From contig CANRDN010000004.1 of NCBI GenBank assembly GCA_947629375.1, forward strand, positions 8,168 to 72,167: a stretch of DNA of 64,000 nucleotides. The letters run 5' to 3'. The notes under the pieces were generated by a model. It searched no databases. It was given only the letters and a program-made list of their open reading frames with translations, and was not told the origin of the DNA. Shown here in pieces: positions 16,993 through 27,663 of this stretch. Each line of letters starts with the position of its first letter. The stretch's first letter is position 1. The translations under genes were made by a program, and so were the position numbers. This DNA comes from an uncultured Bacilli bacterium. Lineage in GTDB: Bacteria; Bacillota_I; Bacilli_A; RF39; UBA660.

Positions 16993-18066
16993 ATGAATGA
17001 TTTGAAACTTATAGTAATGGATAACATCAAAGAGTTAGGAACAGAAGTAGACGAATATTTAAAAAACATTAGGGGAACAGATAAGTCTTTTATAATGAAG
17101 ATGGATGCAATCAGGTTCAATAATGGAGAAGGTAAGGTAGTAATAAATGAATCTTTTAGAGAAAGTGATATTTATATATTAAGTGATGTAGGAAACTACA
17201 GTATTACTTACGATATGCACGGTATGAAAGTACCAATGGGACCCGATGAACATTTTCAAGACATAAAAAGATGTATCAGTGCTTTATCAGGTTTTGGAAG
17301 AAGAATAACAGTAGTTATGCCACTACTATATCAATCAAGACAAGATAAAAGAAAAGGAAAAGAATCACTTGATTGTGCTCTTGCCCTTCAAGAGTTAGAA
17401 AGACTTAATGTTAAACACATAATTACCTTTGATTGTCACGAAAAAAAAGTTTCAAATGCTATACCAGAATTATTATTTGAGAATTTTTATCCAACAAATA
17501 TTATTTTGGAAGATTTAATTAAAAGTGAAAATATCTTTGATAATTTACTTGTTATAAGCCCAGATATGGGAGCAATGGAAAGAGCGAGATACTATGCTGA
17601 TATGTTGTCAAGTGATGTTGGAATGTTCTATAAAAGAAGAGATTTATCTAAAGTAGTAGATGGTAAAAATCCAATCGTAGAACACGCTTATATGGGAGCA
17701 GATGTTAAAGGAAAAAATGTAATCGTCGTAGATGATATGATTGCAAGTGGAGCTTCTATGATTGAAGTTGGACAAAAACTAAGAGAAAAAGGCGCTAAAA
17801 AGATTTTCTTTATTACGACATTCTCTTTGTTTACTGAAGGAATTGATAAATTTAAAGAAGCTTACAAAAATAAATATTTTGATAAATTATATACAACTAA
17901 CTTAACTTACATACCTAAAGAATATGAACAAAATAAGTGGCTTCATATTGTAGATTGTTCAAGAAGAGTAGCAGAGATAATAGCGTATGTACACGAAGGG
18001 AAATCATTGAAAAAGCTAGTATATGGTAACGATAAAATTATAGAATTACTTAATAAGAAAGTTTAG
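16993..18066 (+). CDS. prs: Ribose-phosphate pyrophosphokinase (PRPP synthetase), long variant
   Basis: VVDDMIASGASM PRPP-binding loop and LLYQSRQDKR flexible-loop region. 357 aa. Confidence 0.75.
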   Translation: MNDLKLIVMDNIKELGTEVDEYLKNIRGTDKSFIMKMDAIRFNNGEGKVVINESFRESDIYILSDVGNYSITYDMHGMKVPMGPDEHFQDIKRCISALSGFGRRITVVMPLLYQSRQDKRKGKESLDCALALQELERLNVKHIITFDCHEKKVSNAIPELLFENFYPTNIILEDLIKSENIFDNLLVISPDMGAMERARYYADMLSSDVGMFYKRRDLSKVVDGKNPIVEHAYMGADVKGKNVIVVDDMIASGASMIEVGQKLREKGAKKIFFITTFSLFTEGIDKFKEAYKNKYFDKLYTTNLTYIPKEYEQNKWLHIVDCSRRVAEIIAYVHEGKSLKKLVYGNDKIIELLNKKV

Positions 18067-18077
18067 GCTTTCTTATT
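18052..18077 (+). terminator. 10-bp perfect hairpin at the prs stop codon (possible internal terminator or attenuator)
   Basis: AATAAGAAAG-TTTAGG-CTTTCTTATT. There is no clean T tract beyond the stem. Confidence 0.35.
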
Positions 18078-18103
18078 TAATATGAGAAAAGTAAGGAGAT
18101 ATT

Positions 18104-18574
18104 ATGAAAGAAATTGTAGAAAAGTTAATTGAGTTAAATAAAACTATCTCGACAATGGAGTCTTGTACAGGAGGGTATGTAGTAAATGCTATTACTAATA
18201 TTCCAGGTGCATCAAACATATTAAAGTATTCAGCAGTAACATATGCCAATGAATTTAAAATAAAAATGGGAGTAGATAAAGAACTTATTGATAAATATAC
18301 GGTGTACTCTCAAGAAGTTGCAGATGATATGAGCCTAAAAATATCTAATTTTGCAAATTCTAATTATGGTGTTGGAGTAACAGGTAAACTTTTGAGACAA
18401 GATGACTTTAATAAATTTGGAAAAGATAACGAAGTATTTATCTCTATATATAATAAGGATAAGGATTATTTCTTAAAATCTAAACTTGCTGTTATTTATG
18501 AAACAAGAGAAGAAAATAAAGATTATGTTTTAAAAGAAATAGAAAGACTTTTAAAAGATGATTTAGGTTTGTAG
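18104..18574 (+). CDS. pncC: Nicotinamide-nucleotide amidohydrolase (CinA C-terminal domain type)
   Basis: MESCTGG motif, 156 aa, NAD context. Confidence 0.75.
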   Translation: MKEIVEKLIELNKTISTMESCTGGYVVNAITNIPGASNILKYSAVTYANEFKIKMGVDKELIDKYTVYSQEVADDMSLKISNFANSNYGVGVTGKLLRQDDFNKFGKDNEVFISIYNKDKDYFLKSKLAVIYETREENKDYVLKEIERLLKDDLGL

Positions 18575-18581
18575 GTGTTAT

Positions 18582-19415
18582 ATGAAAGAGTATAAGACAG
18601 AAGAAGAATTCTTAAAAGATTATAATCCCAAAGATTATCCAAGTTTTGCAGTATCTGTAGATATTTTAGTATTTGGAATATCAAGTGTCGATGATTCAAA
18701 TTATAAAAAGTTAGATACCAAAAAAATGAGTGTCTTGTTAGTTAAAAGAGATTCTTTTCCTTTTAAAGATAAGTGGTGTCTTCCAGGAGGATTTGTTTTA
18801 GAAAATGAAAATCTAGATGAATCTCCAGTAAGAATTTTAAAGAATGAAACAGGGCTTGATAATATTTATCTTGAACAGCTATATACATTTGGGAATCCTA
18901 AAAGAGATCCTAGAATGAGAGTAATAAGTACAAGTTATATGGCTCTTATCGATAAAGATAGAATAATAGAAAAGAAGTTAAACAATAACACTTGTTGGTT
19001 TGATATAGTAGAAGTAAAAGAAAATGATAAAAATATTGAAGTAACTTTGGTAAATAATGAAGAGAAAATTGAGTTTACTATAAAAAAGGCTTTAAAAGAG
19101 TTAACAACAGATAGATATTCTTTTTCAATTAAAGAAAATAATTCCCTTGCTTTTGATAATCCATTGGTAATTGTAAGTGGTCTAGAAAGATTGAAAAATA
19201 AAATTGAGTACACTGATATTGTTTTCAATATGATGCCAGAAAAGTTCACACTTGGTGAACTTCAAAAAGTATACGAAGTAATACTTGGAAAGAAACTATT
19301 AGACCCAGCGTTTAGAAGAATAATTGCCAATAAAGTTATTGCAACAGACGAATATAAAACAGGTGAAGGTCATAGACCTAGCAGGCTATTTAAATACAAC
19401 GAAAGAAACAAATAG
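18582..19415 (+). CDS. nrtR: Nudix-related transcriptional regulator (NrtR-like): Nudix domain plus C-terminal winged-helix
   Basis: Nudix-fold region (LPGGFVLENENLDESPVRILKNETG) followed by a C-terminal LDPAFRRIIANKV...GHRPSRLFKYN segment typical of the NrtR DNA-binding domain. Last gene of the NAD block. Confidence 0.6.
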   Translation: MKEYKTEEEFLKDYNPKDYPSFAVSVDILVFGISSVDDSNYKKLDTKKMSVLLVKRDSFPFKDKWCLPGGFVLENENLDESPVRILKNETGLDNIYLEQLYTFGNPKRDPRMRVISTSYMALIDKDRIIEKKLNNNTCWFDIVEVKENDKNIEVTLVNNEEKIEFTIKKALKELTTDRYSFSIKENNSLAFDNPLVIVSGLERLKNKIEYTDIVFNMMPEKFTLGELQKVYEVILGKKLLDPAFRRIIANKVIATDEYKTGEGHRPSRLFKYNERNK

Positions 19416-19453
19416 ATTTTGTTAAAAATTCTTTACAAAATCTTTCTTTTTTG
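19415..19453 (+). terminator. Rho-independent terminator after nrtR
   Basis: GATTTTGT / ACAAAATC stem followed by TTTCTTTTTT. Confidence 0.6.
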
Positions 19454-19523
19454 TTATATTATCTACGAGTATTTTTAATACTCCTTGCCAGATATTGGCC
19501 AAAGTCCAAAAGGAGGTGTAGAG

Positions 19524-19814
19524 ATGAACAAATATGAATTAATCTTTATAGTTAAACCTGATTTAGAAGAATCTCTAATTAAAGGTGTTAATGATTCTAT
19601 TAAGTCTACATTAGAAGAAAAGAAAGCTACTATTGTTGAAGCAAAAGAATGGGGACAAAAAGAATTAGCTTACGAAATTAACAAATATAAAACAGGTTAT
19701 TATTTCTATTACTTAATTGAAGAAAAAGGTTCAGATGCAGTTAAAGAGTTTGATCGTGTTGCTTTAATTAATGAAAACATTATTCGTCACTTAGTTGTAA
19801 AAGTTGAAGAGTAA
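19524..19814 (+). CDS. rpsF: 30S ribosomal protein S6
   Basis: MNKYELIFIVKPDL with start behind AAAAGGAGG. The track start at 19485 is upstream of the RBS. Confidence 0.9.
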   Translation: MNKYELIFIVKPDLEESLIKGVNDSIKSTLEEKKATIVEAKEWGQKELAYEINKYKTGYYFYYLIEEKGSDAVKEFDRVALINENIIRHLVVKVEE

Positions 19815-19829
19815 AGAAAGAGGTAATAT

Positions 19830-20303
19830 ATGAATAAAGTATGTTTAGTTGGTCGTCTTACTAAAGACCCAACGTGTGAATATGTTAATACAAGTAATGG
19901 TAGTATTGCTCGTGCTAGATTCACTATTGCAGTAGATAGAAACTTCTCTGGAAATCAAGACGGAAATAGAACAGCAGATTTTATAAGTGTTGTTGCTTGG
20001 AGAAAACAAGCTGAGAATGTTGCTAAATTCCAAAAGAAAGGAAATCAAGTAGCAATCGATGGAAGAATTCAAGTAGATAATTATACAGGAAAAGATGGAA
20101 ATCAAGTTTGGTCAACATATGTTGTGGCAGACACAATCCAATTCCTAGATAGAAAAGGTGATGCTCCATCAAATGTTAACTTTGATGATGCTTCACAAGT
20201 AAGTCCAAGTGATTTCTCTAGTGATTCTAGTAGCGAAGGTGCAAGCGTTTGGGACGCAGGTTCTAATATAGATATCGACCCAGATGAATTACCATTCTAT
20301 TAA
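19830..20303 (+). CDS. ssb: Single-stranded DNA-binding protein
   Basis: [16 protein letters not shown] fold and acidic tail ending DELPFY. Confidence 0.9.
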   Translation: MNKVCLVGRLTKDPTCEYVNTSNGSIARARFTIAVDRNFSGNQDGNRTADFISVVAWRKQAENVAKFQKKGNQVAIDGRIQVDNYTGKDGNQVWSTYVVADTIQFLDRKGDAPSNVNFDDASQVSPSDFSSDSSSEGASVWDAGSNIDIDPDELPFY

Positions 20304-20320
20304 GAAGGGAGATAATTAAA

Positions 20321-20536
20321 ATGGCAGAATTTTTTAGAAAAAAGAAAAAAGTTTGTTATATGTGTACAGGACACGATGTTGATTATAAAGATGTTGAAAC
20401 ATTAAGAAAATTTGTTAACGAAAGAGGTAAGATTTTACCAAGAAGAGTAACAGGAAATTGTGCTAAACATCAAAGACACGTTGCTGGACAAGTTAAAATT
20501 GCAAGACAAATTGCATTATTACCATATGCAAAATAA
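20321..20536 (+). CDS. rpsR: 30S ribosomal protein S18
   Basis: KVCYMC...[25 protein letters not shown]. Confidence 0.9.
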   Translation: MAEFFRKKKKVCYMCTGHDVDYKDVETLRKFVNERGKILPRRVTGNCAKHQRHVAGQVKIARQIALLPYAK

Positions 20537-20538
20537 TG

Positions 20539-20565
20539 AAGTATCCTTCGGGATACTTTTTCTTT
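20539..20565 (+). terminator. Rho-independent terminator after rpsR
   Basis: AAGTATCC-TTCG-GGATACTT followed by a T run. Confidence 0.75.
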
Positions 20566-20640
20566 GTAAAAATTAGTAAAGTTTACAAAATTTGCTCTAT
20601 ATTTGACTTTTGCTATTGACATTTTAGTGGTATTATAAAC

Positions 20641-20994
20641 TTGGTAAAGTGGGTGATACTAGTGAAAAACGATAGCAATAAATCAAAGAAAACTCATCGT
20701 TTGAAAAGAAAAATATTGCGCTATTCCGTATTTGGAATAAGCAGTATCGTTTTTGTTGTATATTTTTTTAACCTAGTAGTAAATATGTCCCTCGAAATAA
20801 TTGATAAATACAAAGAAAAAGATCAACTTAATGAAAAATTAGATAATCTAAAAGAAGAAGAACAGGAGCTATCGACTGATGTTTTAAAGCTTCAAGATCC
20901 TGAATATATTGCTAGATATTTAAGAGAAAAATTTTATTATTCTAAAAATAATGAGTATATAATTAAATTACCTGATAAAAAACAAGAAGATTAA
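20641..20994 (+). CDS. divIC: Septum formation initiator (FtsB/DivIC family)
   Basis: One TM, a coiled coil and the DPEYIARYLREKF motif. The start is uncertain: TTG 20641 from the track, or GTG 20662 behind GGGTGA. Confidence 0.6.
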   Translation: MVKWVILVKNDSNKSKKTHRLKRKILRYSVFGISSIVFVVYFFNLVVNMSLEIIDKYKEKDQLNEKLDNLKEEEQELSTDVLKLQDPEYIARYLREKFYYSKNNEYIIKLPDKKQED

Positions 20995-21054
20995 TCTTCT
21001 TTTTTCTTGCTAATATTGGAATTTTTTAATAAAATATATTGAAGTGGTGACATT

Positions 21055-22380
21055 ATGGACAAAGTTATAGATTTTTTAGTTAAAGAAGTAAAAATTAAAG
21101 ACAATGATGTAATAGTCCTTGGTAATTCTGGAGGGCCTGATTCAATGTGCCTTTTAAGTATTTTGCTGGATTTGAGAAAGAAGTATAACTTTAAAATAGT
21201 TTGTGCTCACGTTAATCATAATGTAAGAAGTGAAAGTGAGAGTGAGCAAGAATTCTTAATGAATTATTGCAAAGAAAAAGATGTCTTGTTTGAAGCAATG
21301 AAAATTGAAGAGTATGGTGATGATAACTTCCATAATCAAGCAAGAAATATAAGATATAACTTCTTTGAAGATATGGTTAAAAAGTATGATGCTAACTATT
21401 TGATGACTGCTCATCACGGGGATGATTTAATAGAAACTATTCTTATGAGAATAGTAAGAGGATCCACTCTAAAAGGCTACAGTGGATTTGATAAGATTGT
21501 TGATAATGGAACTTACAAAACAGTAAGACCACTTGTATTTTTAACTAAAGACTACATAAAAGAATACGATGATAAAAATAATATTCCTTATGTAACTGAT
21601 AAATCTAACTTTAAAAACAAATATACAAGAAATCGTTATCGAATGAATGTCTTACCTTTCTTAAAAGAGGAAGACAAAAATGTTCATAAAAAATTTATTA
21701 AATTTAATGAAACTTTAAATGAATATGATAGATTTATCAATGAAGAAATAAAAAGAACAATAAATAAAGTTTATAAAGATAATAAAATTGACATAATAAA
21801 ATATAAAGAGTTAGATAGATTAATTCAGCAAAAGTTAATAACTAGTATATTAGAAGAAATATATAAAGAAGATTTAATGATTATAAACGATAAGCACGTT
21901 AAACTCATAATGGATTTGTTAAACTCAAGGAAATCAAATGCTAGAGTGTGTTTACCTCATAATGTCGAAGTAGTAAAAGAGTATAATTATGCTTTGTTTA
22001 CTAAAGAAATAAAAGAAGTAATCGATTACAATATCGAACTTATAAAGTATGCAACATTACCTAATGGACACAAGTTAGAAGTTGTCGATTCAATCGATAG
22101 CAATAACAATTTTGTATGTAGATTAAGTACTGATGAAGTTAAATTACCTTTATATGTTAGAACAAGAAAACTAGGAGATAAGATGTATCTTAAGAAGACT
22201 GATGGTAGAAGAAAAGTAAAAGATATCTTTATCGATTGCAAAGTAGCAGCAAGTGAAAGAGATACTTGGCCAGTAGTAGTAGATTCTGAAGATAAAATCC
22301 TTTGGATACCTGGTTTAAAGAAATCGAAATATACTAAGTTAAAAAATGAAAAGTATGATATAATAATTAAATATGATTAA
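21055..22380 (+). CDS. tilS: tRNA(Ile)-lysidine synthase
   Basis: GNSGGPDSMCLL PP-loop, 441 aa, located directly upstream of ftsH. Confidence 0.85.
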   Translation: MDKVIDFLVKEVKIKDNDVIVLGNSGGPDSMCLLSILLDLRKKYNFKIVCAHVNHNVRSESESEQEFLMNYCKEKDVLFEAMKIEEYGDDNFHNQARNIRYNFFEDMVKKYDANYLMTAHHGDDLIETILMRIVRGSTLKGYSGFDKIVDNGTYKTVRPLVFLTKDYIKEYDDKNNIPYVTDKSNFKNKYTRNRYRMNVLPFLKEEDKNVHKKFIKFNETLNEYDRFINEEIKRTINKVYKDNKIDIIKYKELDRLIQQKLITSILEEIYKEDLMIINDKHVKLIMDLLNSRKSNARVCLPHNVEVVKEYNYALFTKEIKEVIDYNIELIKYATLPNGHKLEVVDSIDSNNNFVCRLSTDEVKLPLYVRTRKLGDKMYLKKTDGRRKVKDIFIDCKVAASERDTWPVVVDSEDKILWIPGLKKSKYTKLKNEKYDIIIKYD

Positions 22381-22392
22381 GGAGGCATTATA

Positions 22393-24375
22393 ATGAAAAA
22401 TAAAAGCGTTAAAAGAGGACTACTACCTTATGTAATATTGATACTTGTAATAATGTTTGTAACATATCTTATTACATTTGGTGGAAGTAAAGTAAATGAT
22501 ATAACATATGACCAACTTATTACAGAGTTGAAAAACGGTAATGTTACAGAAATTGTAATCACACCACATTCTGGAGAAGGAACATATGAGATTGTCGGAA
22601 AGTTAGAAGGTTATGCAGAAAAAGAAACATTCTCTACTTATGCACCGCTAACTGATGCGATTGTTGACCAAATAATTACAATCGATGAAGATGTTAATTA
22701 TACATTAGATACAGATTCTGATCCAAGTTCAAGTCCATTACTTTATATTATAGTTAACATATTACCTATAGTATTGATAATAGGAGTTGGATATTGGTTC
22801 CTTTCTAAACAGATGAATGCTGCTGGAAAGAGTATGGACTTTGGAAAGAGCAAAGCTAAATTAAATAATGAAAAGAATAAAACGACATTTAAAGATGTTG
22901 CTGGATTAAAAGAAGAAAAAGAAGAAGTAAGAGAACTTATCGATTTCTTAAAGAATCCAAAGAGATTCCAAAAATTAGGAGCAAGAATACCTAAAGGAGT
23001 ATTATTAGTTGGTCCACCAGGAACAGGTAAAACATTACTTGCAAAAGCTGTTGCAGGAGAAGCAAATGTTCCATTCTACTATATAAGTGGTTCTGATTTC
23101 GTAGAACTATTTGTAGGTGTAGGTGCAAGCCGTGTAAGAGATATGTTTAAAGAAGCTAAACATAATGCACCTTGTTTAATATTTATCGATGAAATAGATG
23201 CTGTTGGTCGTCAAAGAGGAACTGGTTTAGGTGGAGGTCACGATGAAAGAGAACAGACACTTAACCAATTACTTACTGAAATGGATGGATTTGGAGCTAA
23301 TGAAGGAATAATTATTATTGCTGCAACAAATAGAGCTGATGTACTAGATCCGGCCCTATTAAGACCAGGAAGATTTGACAGACAAGTAATCGTTAACTTA
23401 CCAGATGTCAAAGGAAGAGAAGAAATCCTTGAAGTTCATTCAAGAAATAAAGTTTTAGCACCTAGTGTTTCCTTAAAGAATCTTGCTAAGCGTACACCAG
23501 GATTTTCTGGAGCAGATCTTGAAAACTTGATGAATGAAGCTGCACTTCTTGCCGTTCGTGGCAATAAAGAACAAATAACTATGAAAGAAATAGATGAAGC
23601 AACTGACCGTGTACTTATGGGTCCTGCTAAAAAGAGTAGGAAATACACAGAAGAAGAAAGAAAACTTGTGGCATTCCACGAAGCAGGTCACGCTGTTATC
23701 GGATTAAAATTGAGTCACGCTAGTGAAGTTCAAAAAGTAACAATAATTCCTCGTGGACACGCTGGAGGATACAATTTGATGGTTCCAAAAGAAGAAAAGT
23801 ATACTTCTACTAAGACAGAATTATTAGAAGAAATAACTGGACTTCTTGGAGGAAGAGTATCAGAAGAATTAACATTCAATGAGATATCAACTGGAGCTCA
23901 CAATGACTTTGAAAAAGCAACTAAGATTGCAAGAGCTATGGTAACTGAATATGGAATGAGTGATTTAGGTCCTGTTCAATTAGAACAGCAAGAAGGTGGA
24001 GTATTCCTAGGAAGAGATTATGGTAAAACTCGTAATTTCTCTAATGAAGTAGCTCACGAAATAGACCTTGAAACTCGTAAGATAATCGATGAGTGCTATA
24101 AGAAAGCTAAAGAAATTTTAAGTAGTAACGAAGATTTAGTAAAATTAATCGCCGAAACCCTTCTTGAATATGAAACTCTTACTAAAGAGCAAATTGAATA
24201 TCTTGTTAAAAATGGTAAAATGCCTGAAGAAGGAGAACTTAAAGACGAAGACGATGAAGTAGTTGAAGTTAAAGAAAAGAAACCAAGAAGACATTCAAAA
24301 CCTAAAGAAGAAAATAAAGAGGAATCTAAGAAAGAGGAAAACGACGAAGAAGATAACGAAGAACAAGAGGACTAA
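22393..24375 (+). CDS. ftsH: ATP-dependent zinc metalloprotease FtsH
   Basis: [20 protein letters not shown] and HEAGHA motifs. Lys/Glu-rich C-terminal tail. Confidence 0.95.
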   Translation: MKNKSVKRGLLPYVILILVIMFVTYLITFGGSKVNDITYDQLITELKNGNVTEIVITPHSGEGTYEIVGKLEGYAEKETFSTYAPLTDAIVDQIITIDEDVNYTLDTDSDPSSSPLLYIIVNILPIVLIIGVGYWFLSKQMNAAGKSMDFGKSKAKLNNEKNKTTFKDVAGLKEEKEEVRELIDFLKNPKRFQKLGARIPKGVLLVGPPGTGKTLLAKAVAGEANVPFYYISGSDFVELFVGVGASRVRDMFKEAKHNAPCLIFIDEIDAVGRQRGTGLGGGHDEREQTLNQLLTEMDGFGANEGIIIIAATNRADVLDPALLRPGRFDRQVIVNLPDVKGREEILEVHSRNKVLAPSVSLKNLAKRTPGFSGADLENLMNEAALLAVRGNKEQITMKEIDEATDRVLMGPAKKSRKYTEEERKLVAFHEAGHAVIGLKLSHASEVQKVTIIPRGHAGGYNLMVPKEEKYTSTKTELLEEITGLLGGRVSEELTFNEISTGAHNDFEKATKIARAMVTEYGMSDLGPVQLEQQEGGVFLGRDYGKTRNFSNEVAHEIDLETRKIIDECYKKAKEILSSNEDLVKLIAETLLEYETLTKEQIEYLVKNGKMPEEGELKDEDDEVVEVKEKKPRRHSKPKEENKEESKKEENDEEDNEEQED

Positions 24376-24433
24376 ACCTCTTTTCTTTTTGCTATTATAT
24401 TTTTAAATGATATAATTATCTAAAGGAGAAAAT

Positions 24434-25423
24434 ATGGAGTGGAAAATAGGAAATGTAAAAATTAAAAATAGAGTTGTTTTAGCTCCTATGGCAGGTGTTG
24501 GTAATTCTGCTTTTCGAAGAATTGTTAAAGAAATGGGTTGTGGATTAATATATGCCGAAATGGTAAGTGATAAGGCTATATATTTTAACAATCAAAAAAC
24601 AATCGATATGCTTTATATGACGGAAGAAGAACGGCCTATAGTTCAACAAATATTTGGAAGTGATAAAGATTCATTTGTAACAGCAGCTAAATACATTTAT
24701 GAAAATATGCATCCAGATATAATAGATATCAATATGGGTTGTCCTGTACCAAAGGTAGCTGTAAGAGCTCAAGCGGGATCTGCTCTTTTAAAAAATCCAG
24801 ATAAAATAAGAGAAATAGTAACAGCAGTTGTGAATGCAGTACCGATTCCTGTAACAGTAAAAATAAGAAGTGGATGGGATAGCAATTCGATAAACGCTAA
24901 AGAAGTAGCAAAAGTTTGTGAAGAAGCAGGAGCAAGCGCTATCTGCGTTCACGCAAGAACGAGAAGTCAGGGCTATTCTGGAAAAGCCGATTGGAATATA
25001 ATTAAAGAGGTAAAAGAAAATGTATCTATTCCGGTAATCGGAAATGGTGATGTCAAAGATATCTACAGTGCTAAAGAAATGCTTGAAAAAACAGGATGTG
25101 ATGCCGTGATGATCGGAAGAGCAGCTCTTGGAAATCCTTGGATATTTAAAGAAATAATCGAGTACATTGATAATGATAAAGTAATCGATAAACCAACGCC
25201 TCTTGATAGAGTAGATATGTGTATAAAACATTTAGAGTATTTAGAACAGACAAAAATTACTAAAGTTGTTGTCTTAGAAATAAGAAATCATATTGGTTGG
25301 TATCTTAAAGGATTGAAAGGTTCTAACGACTTGAAAAACGAAATATATAAAACTAAAGATATAAACCAAATTAAAGAGTTATTAAAAGAATATAGAACAT
25401 TTATAAAGGAGGAATATAAATGA
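24434..25423 (+). CDS. dusB: tRNA-dihydrouridine synthase
   Basis: LAPMAGV, DINMGCP and GRAALGNPWIF motifs. Confidence 0.85.
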   Translation: MEWKIGNVKIKNRVVLAPMAGVGNSAFRRIVKEMGCGLIYAEMVSDKAIYFNNQKTIDMLYMTEEERPIVQQIFGSDKDSFVTAAKYIYENMHPDIIDINMGCPVPKVAVRAQAGSALLKNPDKIREIVTAVVNAVPIPVTVKIRSGWDSNSINAKEVAKVCEEAGASAICVHARTRSQGYSGKADWNIIKEVKENVSIPVIGNGDVKDIYSAKEMLEKTGCDAVMIGRAALGNPWIFKEIIEYIDNDKVIDKPTPLDRVDMCIKHLEYLEQTKITKVVVLEIRNHIGWYLKGLKGSNDLKNEIYKTKDINQIKELLKEYRTFIKEEYK

Positions 25424-26007
25424 ATGCAAGAACAGCAAAAAGATTAGCAGCTTACATATTAGATGACTTAATTATAGGAGTAATAATTTCAATAATTCTT
25501 CTATTGGTACCTACATCAAGTAGATATGAAAAAGCCATAGAAAAAATGGAAAAATTAGATGAACAATACGAAGAAGAAAAAATAAATGAAGATGAATATA
25601 TAAAAGGATATTCCAAAGAGACTGCAATTGTTGCTAAAGAAAATATACCTAAAACTTTAATTACCATCGTAGTCTATTTGGGATATTTTGCGACATATGC
25701 TTATTATAAAGATGGTAAGACGATAGGTAAAACAGCATTATCTATAAGAGTTGTTTCAAGTGATGGTAAAAAAGCAAGTCATTTGAAGCTTCTAGGAAGA
25801 AGTTTTGTAGCATACGGAATATTGATTTCTTTAATTGAAATAGCTTCTTTATTTATTGTTGATAATAGTTATTATTTATTCTTTTCTCTAGGAATTGAAA
25901 TAGTTAATTTTCTAATTATACTTACTTCATTCTTAATGATTAAATTTTCTAAGAATAAGAGAGCAATACACGATTATATCTTTAAAACAAAGGTAATAGA
26001 TTGCTAA
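25420..26007 (+). CDS. RDD family membrane protein
   Basis: R...A...D N-terminal signature (RLAAYILDD), several TM segments and a start that overlaps the dusB stop (ATGA). Confidence 0.55.
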   Translation: MNARTAKRLAAYILDDLIIGVIISIILLLVPTSSRYEKAIEKMEKLDEQYEEEKINEDEYIKGYSKETAIVAKENIPKTLITIVVYLGYFATYAYYKDGKTIGKTALSIRVVSSDGKKASHLKLLGRSFVAYGILISLIEIASLFIVDNSYYLFFSLGIEIVNFLIILTSFLMIKFSKNKRAIHDYIFKTKVIDC

Positions 26008-26092
26008 CCATTGTGTATTTTTGGTGAAATTTTGTTTATTAGTTGTTTTTAAACATTATTTTGTTGTATAATCTAAATTAAGGAGGATAAGT

Positions 26093-27529
26093 ATGAAAAA
26101 ACACAGTATGTTTAAAGTTACAATGATTACCTTGTTGTTTATTGTAGTAGCTACTTGGTTTTTACCTATAACAGAAATACAACAAACTTCTACGGATACT
26201 TTTTCATTTGTAACATCTGAGGCTGAAAAGGTTGGATTATTTACATTATTCAATAATTTATCGACTGTATTTAGTTTCTTTTTTCAACATATAGTATACG
26301 TTCTAGCAGTAGGTGGACTATATGGGGTTTTACATAAAATTCCACAATATAGAGTGCTTCTAGATAAGATTGCAAATGGATTTAAAAATTGTGAATGGCT
26401 ATTTATGATTATAGTAGGAGTAGTATTTGCATTATTATCATCACTTGCAGGTTTATCATTACCACTACTAGTTTTATTCCCATTCGTTATATCAGTGATT
26501 TTACTTATGGGATATGATAAAGTTACAGCAGCAATGTTAACTGTTGGTTCAGTAATTTCTGGATTAATTGGTTCAGCATATTCTGTAAATGATGCTTATG
26601 GACTTTCATATTATATGGGATTTGCTCCAGATCAAAAAGTTGAATTAAAAATGATTCTTCTATTTGTATCTTTAGCACTTGTTATACTAAATACAATTCT
26701 ATATGGTAGAAAGCATAGAGATAAGGATCATCTAGTAAAGGGATTCTTTATTCCTGAAAAAGTTCCAAATTGCAAGAAGAATATATCTGCTTTAGTTGTT
26801 ATACTAGATACTATGTTAATTGTTTTAGCTTTAGGATTTATTTCTTGGAATTTCCTAGGAGTAACATTATTTGATAACTTAGCTAAAGAATTGGCAACAC
26901 CAACAGCAGGTTCTACATTTGAATGGTTCTTTAATGGAGCTAATTCAATTTTAGGAATTGATACAGCAGTATCAACAGATGTAATGGGTAACTGGTCAAC
27001 TCTTCAAGCATCATTAGTAGTAATTGTAACAAGTGGACTTCTTGCATTCGCTTATAGAAAGAAATTTAATAACTATCTAAGAGCATTTGGAGAAGGAGCT
27101 TTAAAAGCACTTAAACCAGCCTTATTAGTTGCAATTATTTATACAACTCTAGTAACTGTAGTTAACATTCCAGTATTAATGTCTATTGCTAAGTTAATTA
27201 TGAATTTGGATGGTAAATTCTCATTCATAATAATGTGCATTGTAGCATTGTTCTTCAGCTTATTTACTGTAGAATCTTACTATGGTGTAGGTTCAGCAAT
27301 GTCATATATTAGTACTGTACTAACTGCTACTAATACAGCTATAATTGCTTTAATTTGGCAATCAATGTATGGATTTGCAATGTTATTTGCACCAACAAGT
27401 GTAATTCTAGTAGTAACATTATCATATCTAGATGTATCATATGGCAAATGGATGAAAGCTATATGGCAACTATTATTAGAATTGTTAGTAGCTTTGGTAA
27501 TATTGTTACTTATATTCTCAGCTCTATAA
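26093..27529 (+). CDS. Polytopic membrane transporter, YfcC/DcuC-like family
   Basis: 478 aa with about 12 TM segments. The N-terminal FKVTMITLLFIVVATWFLP and C-terminal MLFAPTSVILVVTLSYLDVSYGKWMK segments resemble E. coli YfcC from memory. Confidence 0.5.
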   Translation: MKKHSMFKVTMITLLFIVVATWFLPITEIQQTSTDTFSFVTSEAEKVGLFTLFNNLSTVFSFFFQHIVYVLAVGGLYGVLHKIPQYRVLLDKIANGFKNCEWLFMIIVGVVFALLSSLAGLSLPLLVLFPFVISVILLMGYDKVTAAMLTVGSVISGLIGSAYSVNDAYGLSYYMGFAPDQKVELKMILLFVSLALVILNTILYGRKHRDKDHLVKGFFIPEKVPNCKKNISALVVILDTMLIVLALGFISWNFLGVTLFDNLAKELATPTAGSTFEWFFNGANSILGIDTAVSTDVMGNWSTLQASLVVIVTSGLLAFAYRKKFNNYLRAFGEGALKALKPALLVAIIYTTLVTVVNIPVLMSIAKLIMNLDGKFSFIIMCIVALFFSLFTVESYYGVGSAMSYISTVLTATNTAIIALIWQSMYGFAMLFAPTSVILVVTLSYLDVSYGKWMKAIWQLLLELLVALVILLLIFSAL

Positions 27530-27550
27530 GAGAGAAAAGTATAAAAATTG

Positions 27551-27573
27551 GGATGACTTCGGTCATCCTTTTA
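27551..27573 (+). terminator. Rho-independent terminator
   Basis: GGATGAC-TTCG-GTCATCC followed by TTTT. Confidence 0.75.
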
Positions 27574-27663
27574 CTATGCATAAATTTAATAAAGACAGGA
27601 TAAATGATTAAAAAAGGAAAACATAAATCATAATATTCATAAGATTCTATGAAAGGAGATTAT

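Noticed and set aside
22381-22392. Expected hpt (hprT) gene between tilS and ftsH
   Set aside because: The gap is only 12 bp, so hpt is genuinely absent from this position. This is not an annotation miss.
24788-25231. 147-aa minus-strand ORF inside dusB
   Set aside because: It is antisense to a well-supported conserved gene. The translation is Phe/Tyr/Ile/Cys-rich nonsense with no RBS.
27530-27663. CtsR operator (tandem GGTCAAA heptads) upstream of the ClpC-like gene
   Set aside because: The only GGTCA is part of the terminator stem of the upstream gene, and no direct heptad repeat is present.
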